64,000 nt of DNA, from assembly GCA_051362555.1 (NCBI GenBank), contig CM120649.1:8370001-8434000 (forward strand), read 5' to 3'. Source of the stretch: Lingula anatina. Taxonomy: Eukaryota; Animalia; Brachiopoda. The translations under genes were made by a program, and so were the position numbers. This document shows, in pieces, positions 12,632-25,532 of this stretch. Within the stretch, counting starts at the first letter, position 1. Each line of letters begins with the position of its first letter. The notes under the pieces were generated by a model. That model saw only the letters and a list, made by a program, of their open reading frames with translations, ran no database searches and was not told the DNA's origin.

Positions 12632-13417
12632 CTATAAGAATTTCGGGACATACATGTACATGTATGTCAGGGACGTCTTTGCATTTTAGGTCCGTCATAT
12701 TTGTATTGCTGCGGTTCTGGATGGCTACTTTTGAAGTGGATTCGGCTCAGTACTCCACATCTGTAAATCAGGATAACTAAAACAGCACATTTAATACATA
12801 AACGGCCATGTGTAATAACCAGTAGGGAAATTAATAAAATAACAAAAATAGCGGCAGTATGAATTCTACTAAGATGTACCGTGCACATGATAAATGCGAA
12901 GCTGTGACATTGCTCCTCGAACTGTGTACTGTATATGCCTCTAAGGAATTTTTTTTTTTACAAATCTATAATTGATAATCAAAAAGCAGGGTAGATGCGG
13001 AACTTTTAATGAATTAATTTATGCTTAAAGGGGGGAAAATTATTTAAACTCATGTTAGCATTTGTCTCAAAACTCCAGGCTGATTCCCAATACGAAATGG
13101 TGATCTGGCCCTGTACTGCATTATGAATAATGGGAGGAAATATGCTGATAAAAATTATTGTGTAGGTTTATTCCAATGTATATTGAACACATATAATAAT
13201 AATACCCAGATACAAACTATTTTACACCAAAATATACTTGGTTTAATTTGTTCGCAATTGCTGTTGATACAGATTCAATCCTCGAAATGAAAGACAATTC
13301 AGTTACTGTGAATAAAGCAGATAGTGCATTCGTTTCACATAAAATACAATACCAGAACGCAATGTTTGGTTATGTTAATACAGATAAAATGCAATCACCA
13401 AAATTTAGAAACAACTT

Positions 13418-16400
13418 TTAATTTACTAATAATTTTGAATATGACGTAATTGCTGTATAAAGAGTCGATCTATATATGTTGATGGTTTTATCCACGCAAC
13501 ACTTCAGAAACGGGGTCTTGCAAGGTTCGCACATGGGGAGAGACAGTTCCTTGCAGGTTCCGCTTCCGGCCTTGGTTTTCAGCCCCTTAAGACAACACAT
13601 CCGAATGTAATCCTTCAGTGCATCTGGGTCAATGTCCGGGTTTGGAGGCAGTGTAATCTCTGATAAGAAAGAAACACAAATATGCACAAGTTCATGTAAT
13701 TTATGTTTATTATATTGAGGGCCTGTTCAGGACCAGTTGATCCACGGACTAACTAGTCGGCGGATCAATTTGGCGTGACCAACTTGAAAGCAAGCCAGTA
13801 TTTAATTGCCCTGCCCCTGCAGACATGTTTGATCCGTGGACTAGTTAGTCCGCAGCCCAACTGGTCCTGAACATGACCTTTAGACGACCATTCATATACT
13901 GCAAATACGTCATTCTCTTACTATTTTAAACGCATAGCTTGCGTTATTACTAATTGCACTTTTAATATTCGTATAAATACAAAAAGAAAAAAAATTGAGA
14001 AAATATTCATGTGACCCATTAATATGATAACTTACTTTCGCAGCCAATATCTTCCCCCGTCCATGTTCCATTTTCACAAACTTTGTGTGTGGAGCCGTTG
14101 GTGTGTTGATAGCCTTAAGAAAAAGGAACGCTGTATAAATACCCGGAAAAAAGACTTCCACTTTCTAGTTCCACTTTTCAAGACACTATTCGGAGAGCTT
14201 TACAGGATGACAGACTAGTAAATTTAATGGCAAACTTACTACATACTCAATGTATTTGATTTTGTGCTTTCTAAAAAAAGTTTTTTAAGTACCTTTCAGA
14301 CAAATGTAGTGGACTTTTCCTCCATGTTCGTATAACTTCTCTGGGGCTGATACGTAGGCGTATGCGACCTTGGGAGGCTGTGAACAGCTCACTGGTATAT
14401 TATATTATATTATATTATATTACATTATATTATATGCTTGCTAAATATGACATACTACAGACAGGTAAAATAAACAGAATGGATAATGACATAGAGTAAA
14501 AATCAGCTCCTAAAATTGAGACGCCGTTAACGTTAACTAATGGCAGCGCAACCCCCCCCCCCCAGCCCCTAAAGCAATATTACCACCTTGGATGGTAAAA
14601 ATAAGTAGACATAATTTTCATAACGATTGAATTTATCTCTTACATTCCTTTTCAGAACCGTGACACATGACCGTGGTCCAGTCCGTTGGACAACCATCAG
14701 GTTATATAACTTTTTATAATGCATATACTGTATATTCAATATCAGTACGGTCAAAACGTTGCTAATCACTCACCCCAATGTTTATATAAATAAGTATACC
14801 GGTCAGTAGCCAGGAGGATTCGAGGGATTAGAAAGAACCGCACTTCTGCCGAGAGATTGTCCACACTGGACGAAATTTGATCAAGATGCAAGAAGGTTTC
14901 AAAGAAAAGGTCCACTTTTTCTTTTAGAACCCACCCACCCCCCTTTGAAATCGCTGGCGGCTTCGGGCCTGATCGATAAATAACACCATAGTCCCTTACT
15001 TGGCTGAACATCTTCTTGAGGCAGGTCCTGGTCAGGACAGCAGTTCAGGAAGGCAGTCTTGCACGGTTCGCACATCGACTTGGCCAAGGTGGCGCATGAC
15101 TCATTTCCGGTTCGAGCCCTCAATCCTTTTTGGCAGCATTGGCGCTTGTAGTCGAACAAAGCCCCAGGGTACAAATTGGATGTTGGTGGTGCAATTTCTA
15201 TAGTCAAAGTCACAAAAAATTCACCAATGTCAATCCATATTTTGGTATGCTCATTTAAATATTCTATTAAATATTGTATATATATATATTTTAAAATACT
15301 CTACAAGTTCAAGTAAATACACATACTAAGCGATAAAACTTTTTTCTACATACAACAGGTGAAGCTAGCACTTGTAAAAAATATACACCATAACTGTTAC
15401 TGTTTTAAGTATAATGTCAAACAATCCTATTCTGTACGTCTTTTAATAGATAAACCAGTTGAACCCATTTACTGCACAAATTTATGGTGATGAAAATAAT
15501 AAAATAAAATAAAAAAATAAAAGAATAAGATATAGTTACCGCAAAGGGGGTTGTGAATATAAACATTACAACCCCTGACATTGTGTGATGATTTTTAAGT
15601 AAATCATTTATTTTCTACTTACGTTCACATATAATGTTATGCCCAACCCATAATCCCGTCAGGCACAATTTATATGAAGATCCGCCAACATGCTGATATC
15701 CTAGAGGAAACGAAGAGAATCGACATTTTGCCTTTCATCATTAGATACAAGGGATTAATTTTTTTAATAAAAACAATATGTAAATATTAAAATACCATTC
15801 TAGGTATAATACCCCGGTAAATTAAAGGTTAGCAAATACACTGAACGACTTTTCCCACAGTAATTTTTAAATTTAAAGAGTATTTTGATAAGATTCTCTT
15901 AGAAATTGCTGACAACGAAGCAGGAGACCGCTGTTGGTGCTGAACAGAGATCTCAATTGCCATGCCGTATAATGCCGTATAACATATAATGTCACTAAAC
16001 CTGCCCTATACATTGTAAACAATCGGTTCACAGTATACTAGATTAAGTCCCCATAGTGCATAAACCTGCATTCTCAAAAAAAAATTGACACACATCATTT
16101 CCTGCCTTTTTATTACATGAGCCTACCTTTTTCACAAGTATAGCGGATTCTCTCGCCTTTCCTGTAATTCTTTGCTAATGCTATTCGATATGCAAACGCG
16201 ACCTGGGGTGGTTCGCCACAATACTCTGCAATGAGATAAGTAGACAAATAATTAATGATAGCATTTAGGAATTTAGAACCATGTGTTTCAAAACAAAGTT
16301 ATATTTTTTCTCACGTATAAACACGTTCTATTTAACGTAACAGTTAACTTAAGATAAGGACGTGACGTGTTATCAACCAACCCTTCACACAGAAGATAAC

Positions 16401-16654
16401 TCCGACAAGTATATATTAATCCGACAAGAACTAAAGGTGGTAAAATAAAAGTATTACAGTGGATGAGTACACAGACCACAAATCAGTGTTTGGAAAGGGC
16501 AAATGAGAGGAGACTATCGACAACTTTATCAAAACCACATATACGAATGAAGTAAATAATTCATGCCAGTAACTCACCACCTTTGTATTATAAGCATAAA
16601 TGTTTCCTTTACTTGCGAAAACATTTTGGCAAGTATATCAATCTGTTTGCAGTC

Positions 16655-16747
<93 letters not shown>

Positions 16748-18501
16748 ATGTGTGTGTCACGATATAGGACGCAATTTTTGCTTGTTTTTTGCTTGCTTGT
16801 TTTTTGGACAACTAAAAGACCTAGAATGTGCCCTGTTGATTTTCATAAATGGCTGCCTGTTTTGAATAAAAAAAATAATAACATGCCCAAGACTATTGAC
16901 AGATTTTTTTAATTTGTATTTTTAATTTTGGGTGTAATCTCATTAAATCGTGTGAACTGATAGTAAGTCCAAATTACACTTGTGTTGATAAACTAGTGAT
17001 GCTCTTGCTGCTCAAACAGTGGATGACCTGCAACTGTAGTAAACAAATAGTGCATAAGATGAAATTGACTAAGAACCATCATGTCACTTGACTTTCATTT
17101 AATGACTGGCAGACAATAGTGGCCGACCTTAAATGGGTCAATGCAAACCGTCTTTTAAATAGCTGCACGGCGTTTTCAGTTGTATGCCAGTTCAGCTGTC
17201 ACTATAACATTAGGGTAAAAATTTGGAACAGGAATAAAAAGAGGCAATATAGTTGTGCCGGTATATAGCAAGTTCTTGATCTATTGAGCACTTTTATTTC
17301 AGCATTGCTTCAAACAACTCTTGGTGTATTTTAAATTTATGTGCACTGAAATTATTAGTAGGTGGCCTCTTATATGGACGCCAAAACGTATAACTACGTA
17401 AATGGGTGGGTAATTGCTTGAATACAAAGTCAAGATAACTCGTTCATAGTTACATTTTGAATGACAAATTGTTGATTAATTCAGCTCCAAAGGCGTAAAT
17501 ACCAGTGACGCAGTGAGGTAGATTAATAAACATGAGACGAGCAATAAATCATTATCAAAAATAAGTGCATTAGGGGTGCATTTCTAAAATAATACTCCTT
17601 GTGCGGTATGAACTTGATTCACCCAACTTATACAGTCTCCTCTCAAACAGTCGAATATATGTACGTTAAAATTTTTAATTTAAAATGTGAAAAATATGTA
17701 AAAGTTTGCGGTTCACCGATAAAAAAGTTTGAACCTCATTGGTGGGATAGCTTCAGCTGAAAAAAATTACGTAAGAAGCCCGGATGTTTTTTTTTTTTTA
17801 TGCAGCTTTATCATTTTAAATATTGTGCATTAATTAATTCGTGGTATCAAAAACGCCTCATGTTAGTAAAACAAAATCGCCATTTATGTTTTTTTTATAT
17901 ATAATTACAGTCTTCTATTAAAGAAGGTTAAACATCTTAAGAATATTTATTCAGAATGGTGGAAAATATCCTTGGTTCACTTTGATCGTGATGTTCTATC
18001 ACATATGTTAATAAACTTTATTTAGAAAAGTTGATTGCTATGTTTTTTTTTTCTCTCTACAAAATACAACAAATATACATAAAGACTTTGGCTTTGTAAT
18101 TGTTACACACAAACACACACACTCAACAGCCAAATCGAGCGTCCCTTAGGAATCAACCATTTCAGTAGATTCACAGAGAGTCGAATACAAACAAAACCTA
18201 TAGTTTTAATGAACATTTTAATAGCAATACATTTGGACAGACTAAAAAATATAATACAAGTTAATTTAATTTCCATTGGGAAAATGAATTAACTAGGGAT
18301 TAAGAATATAAAAAAACTTAATGAAGTAAGTAAACAAATAAATACTGATGTTAGGTTAATAAGTAACAATCAAAAGTGAATGTAATAAACAGAATTACGC
18401 CTTATTAAATACGTACTATTCTCTCCTTCCTCCGTAGCTGCAGTCTGCCAAAATGTTACAACAAACAGAACAGCGGCGACGCTGAGGTGGACAGCACCCA
18501 T
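13418..18501 (-). CDS. Secreted protein: signal peptide + two tandem [Sushi/CCP domain + anaphylatoxin-like domain] modules, 292 aa
   Basis: Exons 18501-18417 (MGAVHLSVAAVLFVVTFWQTAATEEGEN), 16225-16127 (YCGEPPQVAFAY...YTCEK), 15700-15623 (GYQHVGGSSYKLCLTGLWVGHNIICE), 15197-15000 (CCQKGLRARTGNESCATLAKSMCEPCKTAFLNCC), 14391-14293 (SCSQPPKVAYAY...YICLK), 14113-14036 (GYQHTNGSTHKVCENGTWTGEDIGCE), 13659-13418 (CCLKGLKTKAGSGTCKELSLPMCEPCKTPFLKCC...*). All GT-AG, all phase 1, 879 nt with no internal stop. Confidence 0.88.
13719..13878. mobile_element. Palindromic MITE (Harbinger-like) in last intron of the CCP-anaphylatoxin gene
   Basis: gggcctgttcaggaccagttg...ggactaactagtc versus ggactagttagtcc...caactggtcctgaacatgacc: long imperfect TIRs. 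Confidence 0.6.
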
Positions 18502-21062
18502 GTTTCTTCTATGGCGACTTTCAAATGATTAAGTTTCAACATAATTAGGTATAAATTTTATGGGTGGAAAAAATAAGGTGGGATGGGCCACCTTTATTGA
18601 ACAAATGGGTAAAATTATGAGCTCAGTTTATGATGTCTTTATGACAATGTTCCATACTTTCAGCAATATTTTAGTGCTAGTGAACGTCTACTTTACCTGA
18701 GTGCAGTCTGTTAATTCTGAGTTCCGGGGTCAAAGACAACCGCCTTCTTTTCACAGGTAATTTGCCACCGTAATAAATGCACATCGTGACGGCATTCCTT
18801 AACCAGGCTAACAACAAAACCGCATCAAGCACAAATCTGTATTAAAAGTGTTATTCAAACTGTCGCCATATATCTCTACGTTATTCTAAAGAATGCCGTT
18901 TACGTGGTACACGTACATGTTTCACGTTAGGGCGATTGATGCTATGGTGATCGTCCTTTCCTTATGAGAAGAATAAACAACTCTAAAAATTAGTAGCTAA
19001 AAGATAATTACACGTTGAAGTAAACCATGTTTCCGTGATAAACGCACTTCACAAGAGAAAGTACTTCATTACAACGAAAATTACGTGCAAATATTTTATG
19101 ATGCTAGAAAAGTTAAAAGTATATTTCCACGGGCTGTCATAAAAGTAAGTTTGAACGCGTCATTCGTGTCTGTAATTACAGCAAAGACCTGCTTAGTGTT
19201 AAATATTGGCTTTTTGGCTCTGCTTAGACGGCTAATCTAAAAGATGTCCAATCCGGAATTTTCACGCCAAATATAATTTTTCCTTAATAAAGCTATTTCC
19301 CCTACCCACGGACAATCGCTCGAACGGTCTCTTGCACTTGAATTCGATGTTTTATATTATTAAGTCCTAATTAAACCCATAAAATAAAGTTGAACCCCTA
19401 AATTAGCTTTTCTTAACACTGTGTGAAGACAATCAAAATTTGCTCTATGGACACAGTTACAAGACCAAAAAAGATCTGAATCTTTTTATGTTGTTATACT
19501 TACCAGAGACGGAAGGTTTCGGGAGTTTTGAACTTGAGTCAATTTGTTGAGCGGCCTCGTTTCTAGAAGGTGAAAAGTGACTAACCTGATGAGGAGGAGA
19601 GACGATGTTTCCCTGGGACGATAGACAGACCTGGTGAGGGGGAGGGACACTGTTTCTCTGGGACCATCAACAAAAAACTCTTGCTAAACTGAACCTGAAT
19701 AAGGATACGTACATGCAGCTATATTAAGACATGAGAAAAAATTCTTATTCCGATAAAATGGTCCATATTTAGCAGAAAAGCTTACGGACAGTTAGACAGT
19801 TACAATAAATATATATATATGCACGTCCTCGATACTGGGTAACAACAGTGGGTTATCATCTTAGAAAATGTGTCAAAATATTCCTAAGTGTTGGATTACA
19901 GTGGGGTGCTTACATGTGAAAGGGGATGGATTGGTGTGCATTTTAGCTATGAATTGCTTGAATTGACATAGAGTTGAATAAATGAATTTATGAAAGATCA
20001 AATAAAACACTACTTGTACTTGTATGCTTTTAATATTTATTAGGTTCCAAACAGCCATTGCTATATGTACATATTATAAACACAACTGAACTTTTTTATA
20101 GTTGGTCCTGATATTTCTATTTGCTTTGTTCATGAATAAATGCAAGATTATGCCTGTGGTTCTATACAACCCGAAAAACGCGTCGTTTGTGAATGTATAT
20201 ATTCAGCAGACTGTTGTCATATGTTCACCAGTATTAAGTTCTTGCGTCTCAGATGTAACAAAATGCATTAGATTGTGCCTGGAGAAATACTCAATAAAGA
20301 TTACTTTTTTATCAACTTGTTTATATTTTTAAATAAAATGTATGCAGTCGATCAAATCCTATTTATAATATACTGTATCGATCCACTGTATCGTTTGCCC
20401 AGCCAAAAATAGGAAATAAACTAAATACCTAACTACCCCAATTGTTCACATGCGACATGGTCGGGGGGGGGGGGGGGGGTGGAGGAGTCGAGATGTTTGG
20501 TTAAACAGCTGTTATGGCTGTTAGGGCGTCCCACTCTGATCAAATGTTGACGTACATATACGTGCTTAACAAAATTCCCACACAATAAACTGTAAGCCTA
20601 TATTCCCATAAAAATGAATGCATTAAACTCCAACTACATGTTTATAACGTACGTCATTTGTGATCCACTATCAGTGTGTCAGCGTTTTATAATTACCTTT
20701 TCTTTATATATATCAAAGTTTTGTCTTTGTCAGTATTTTGCTGTTAAGCGGCGTAATGAATGTCCTTTACTGTTGTTTCTATTCAAATTACTAATATATT
20801 TACACAGGGCGGTAGGGAGAAGTATTGATAGGGGGGAGATGTGGAGGGGAGGGCCGCCTTTTTGGCCTAGGAAAAAGTCCTCTCTGAACCCAAAGTTAAC
20901 AAAGGTTTTATATATTCCAAATCCTCAGGTTGAGTCAACCAGGTAGATATCTGCTCTCTTCTTCCTTAGCTCAACCAAAGGGGGGCGAAAGGGAGTTTAC
21001 TTACTTATTATTATATTTTTGGCGGGGGGGGGGGGGGGAAGAGCCCTCTTTGAAGCTGCTGA

Positions 21063-22536
21063 TTATACGTTAATATTCTGCGGTAAGATGCCTACATAAT
21101 TTGCATACTGATTCTCTTGGGTCCTTGGTACTTCATAGATATTATCTGCTGTCAATGTTAGGTAGTCACCTGTAATTAAGTCATAGTCCGAGCTGGTTGA
21201 TAGACGAAGTTGTCCTTTAGGTGATTTAGGAGGGGTAGGTGCCGGAACGTCGGAAAACGCTGGGTTAGAGTGAGAAACATGTAAGCTTTGTGGGTTAGAT
21301 GGCGGTGTTCTGAAATAAGATTCATAAATGTATGCCACATTTGTCTCATCTCCAAGACAAAAAGGATAATAAGAAATGATTCACAAGAAAAAATCTATGA
21401 TTGGAAATGTACAGTAATGCACTAGACTAAATAAAAGATACAGTGTATTAAAAAAAAAAGCAAACTAAACTAATAAAATACATAGTTAACAAGAAAGATA
21501 ACGAACTGAACCAAGAAAATGCATAGTAAAAAAAAGATAGATGAACAGATATAGGAACATATGAATGCAAAATTTACATATACACAAAACTTGAATTGAG
21601 AGAGAGAGAGAGAGAGATAGGGGAGAGAGGGATATTTTACCTTCGTCTTCTCAAAAATACTAGTATAATGATCACCACCAATATGAGAGTGACCAGCGGT
21701 GAGGCCACTGCGACACCAATTACCAGCGGGATGCTTGTCGAGTCCTGGTCTTTCATTATTGGAATCGCAAAAAAATTACAAATAATGTTTGAAAAGTTTT
21801 TTAGGGATTTGATGAAGATTAAAGTGGTGATATCACAATTCCAATGTCTTAATTTTTTACATTTGGTCGATGCACTGGATAACGGGAGGCAATTTAAAAT
21901 GTACAACCCTCTTAGCAAAATATGAAACTTTTTGAAAACTTGCTGCAAAGTTGAAAAAAGGAATTCTACCTGGCATATGAGGTATTGTTTTCAATTCGAA
22001 GTTATATGAAGAATTCTTGCAAACTTGCCTCAAACTTTAGATGCTTTTGCAAATAAGTAGCAAGTTTGCAGCAATTTTTTTTTCTTGCAACAACCTGCAA
22101 AAGGTTTAGTTTGTAGCAAATTGGCAGCAAATTTGCTGGAAATGTGCTGTAAACTTATTTTATTTTGCTAAGGGAGCTAGTTCCTCTCTTTCAAACTGCA
22201 TGAGTGGTCTCTGTTTCAAAGTCACCTTTAAAAGATAAAACAAACTCCTTTCATAATTTTACTATTCAAAATGATTATCAGCTATCAACTTTTCTATTTT
22301 AGAATTATTCTTGACATTTGGAAGTCATACCTCCTTCTTTTCCAGTGGGAGTTACGGTCGTGCTGGTAGAAGCTGGCGTGACCATGGGAGGCAAAGCGGA
22401 CACTGTCGTTGCTAGGGAAGTTGTTGAAGTTTTATTCAAAGTTGAAACTTGAGTGCTGGATGTTGATGTTCCGGTGGTGGTAGTAGGCGTGGTAGGCGTA
22501 GTAGAAGCCGTTGTAGGCGTCGTTGTTGTGGTTGGC

Positions 22537-22573
<37 letters not shown>

Positions 22574-25435
22574 TAGTAGTGGGGTTTGTTGTTACAACGG
22601 TAGTTGTAGATGTGGTAGAAGATGTAGTCAAAATGCAACCGGACACTTCATCTGGGCATGCGCACGTTCTGCCGTTGGGTTTTGGCAGACACAGGTATGG
22701 ACAACCCCCATTGTTTACACTGCAAGCGTTCGATCCTACAATGCAAAGTTGCCAAAGCATGTGGGACGTTAATAAAGCAGGGGCGGATTTAGGCCGTCTT
22801 TTGGGTCTTCAGGAAGACGGTCAGATTTTCAAGTTTAAACTGACGGGTATCTATATGTTTCTGTCAGAAGACGGTCCAAAAATGGAGGATGGATAAACAA
22901 ATATAGTATGGAAGACTGTCAGAAAATATCTCTGGATCCGCCCCTGTAAAGGGTACCGGAGGAGATCAGCATTGGTCAGAATTGTGCCGGAAGTGACGTG
23001 TAGTGGTGTAAGACGTAGAACTGAGCGGTCATTTTTAGCTGGAGGTGAATGGGAATGAAGACGTGGGCCTGGAGAAAAAAGCAGTTATTCTAACAACACG
23101 ATAAGATAACATAACTTGACGTCACACTTCCGGCACAATTCTGACCAATGCTGATCTCCTCCGGTACCCTTTATTGCAATAAGACGATTACTCTATAGTG
23201 CGTGCAGTCGTTTAAGATATGCCATTTGATTTATAATATGTGACTGTATACAACAACTTGAAATAATGTGTAATAATACATGGATATACCTGTAGGCGCT
23301 TGCTGTATTACATGTATCTTTTGATACATGTGAACCATCTTTGTAACAAGCGCCACAAGACTACTGGGTCGATTTCTGACTTGAGTCCATAAGGTCCCGT
23401 CGGAAATACGCTTAGAAATGAGAATGCTATTCCATTTTTGCGAGTGTAAAATATTGGGAGTGTTATAAATCCCAAGTATCTCGAAGTATTTACTTTTGGG
23501 TCCGCTAACTTCATATACCTTGCCAATATGCCATGGTTTGAACATTTGAACATTTGGACTAGAACTTTTTTTACTGTCAAGGTAGTGAGTTGCCAGCCAA
23601 TAGGAGCAGTCAAATCGACATCTACTTACTTGTGACCTTGGCCGTTAATATCATGTTTTGATAAAAAGGTTATAAATTAATAAACATTGAAGGCCGCTAA
23701 CCACACTAAATCTGCCGAATTTTCATGAGCCGTCAGTAAAAAGTAAAACTCTTTGTTATCTTGCGCAACAATTTATATCGTCCGAGCTAATAGTAAGGCC
23801 TTTGGTGGTAGTAATAAAGCTAACTTTGACTTTTACAAAGGTCGACATCTCAGGAGTGTGTAGGGAGACATTTGTGTGCAGTAACGGAATGGGTGCTGTT
23901 TGGGACAGAGAAGCCAATGACATCCAGTCACTTGTCGGAGTCTTGGACAGGGATTGCATGTACGACCAGTTGGATGTACATGTACCTGCAATCTAATATG
24001 CGTTTATAAACAAGCGTCGGCTTGACATGGCCGGGCATGGCTTGAACAGGCGGCTATGAAAAACCCCAAAGGCCACATGAATTCGGGTGTGGGTTTCTAC
24101 AGTACTAAGTAGTAAGTGGGAAGCCACCTCCAGACCCCTTTAATTGATCCTTCATCCAAGATTTGGGGCCTCAAAAGTACTTCTATTTGTGCTTACTGAT
24201 GCCGCGTTAACCCTGTACTGTAATTCTGATATGGGTATGCTAGTAAATGCATTTTCTTTCAGAAACAGATATGAAGGATGTTGCATACCAGTCCTAAGCA
24301 GCTGTCTGTGTGATTGTTACAGTATAGTATATTGAAGTATGATAAAAGAAAATGTATTCCCCTTTCCCAACACTTGATAGTGTAGTACACCTTTGCTGCA
24401 CCTTAAAATGTGTATCTTTATTTAAGTATATGCATGAAGAACTACTAGAAGAAAAAAATGGGATTTGTTTTGCGAATGAGAAATTGTCTGATGTCATATA
24501 AATCCACCTAAATTTCTAGTTTCATTTACACTATAGCTGTATTTATAAATATATTGACATTCTCATAGTATTCCATTTCCCCTTTAAACAGAAGAATAGT
24601 GACATTCATAATTTGATAAAATGATTATATTCAACCCCAATGCAACATTAACAAATTCTTTCATTATGATGTACATAGACTACTACACCTCCCATTGTTT
24701 GTAATTAGTGTGTTAAGTGAGATTCAGAATTTACTGGTGCATAGCACATTATGAACTAGAAAAGCTCTCCGAGAGCGCAGACCTCCGCCAAGGCAGCAAT
24801 TTTCGATTATTTTTGATTGATTATTGATCCGAATCACCAACAAAAACTAATCATCTGTTCCTTGGCCCATTTCTGACAGTTCCAAAAAATTTCATCAAAA
24901 TCGGTCCATAACTTTTTGAGTTATGTTGATGACAGACAGACAGAAAGACAGACAGAAAAACAAACAAACAGGGGTGAAAACATAACCTCCTTGGCGGAGG
25001 TAATAAACGGTTTTTTCTGTATTATCACACCCAGTAGTACTACTGGTAGTATAAGAAGACATGTATTTTTGTACTTATTTCAAATACCGAACCATAATTA
25101 TGGTTTTATTCTTTCATACATGCACAATGCCTCTTGGTTGGTTTTGATAAATATGATTAAGAGACTATGCGCTTTCACAGCAAAAAAAAACATGCTCCTA
25201 GCTAGTACATGTAGTAACACTTAAGATTTGAGTGCATAACCTGCACAAGAAGTTGCTATTGTTTTTAATCGATAGCAAACGTACATTGAAGAGAAACAAG
25301 TATATTTATTTGTAGGCCTACATGTTCTAGTGTCAATGAAAATGTCTTACTGGGCAAACTTTGCTGTTTTGTGACTTGTTAGAATATATCGTTTTCTACC
25401 GAACACCTTTTTAGACCGGAACCATCTTGAGGACA

Positions 25436-25478
<43 letters not shown>

Positions 25479-25482
25479 GTCT

Positions 25483-25532
<50 letters not shown>

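Noticed and set aside
13418-18501. Interpreting the CCP-ANA gene as a fragment of fibulin or C3
   Set aside because: It has its own signal exon and stop codon, and no EGF, fibulin-C, macroglobulin or thioester exons were found nearby.
22453-22896. Val-rich hydrophobic ORF on + strand
   Set aside because: Antisense shadow of the Thr-rich mucin exon.
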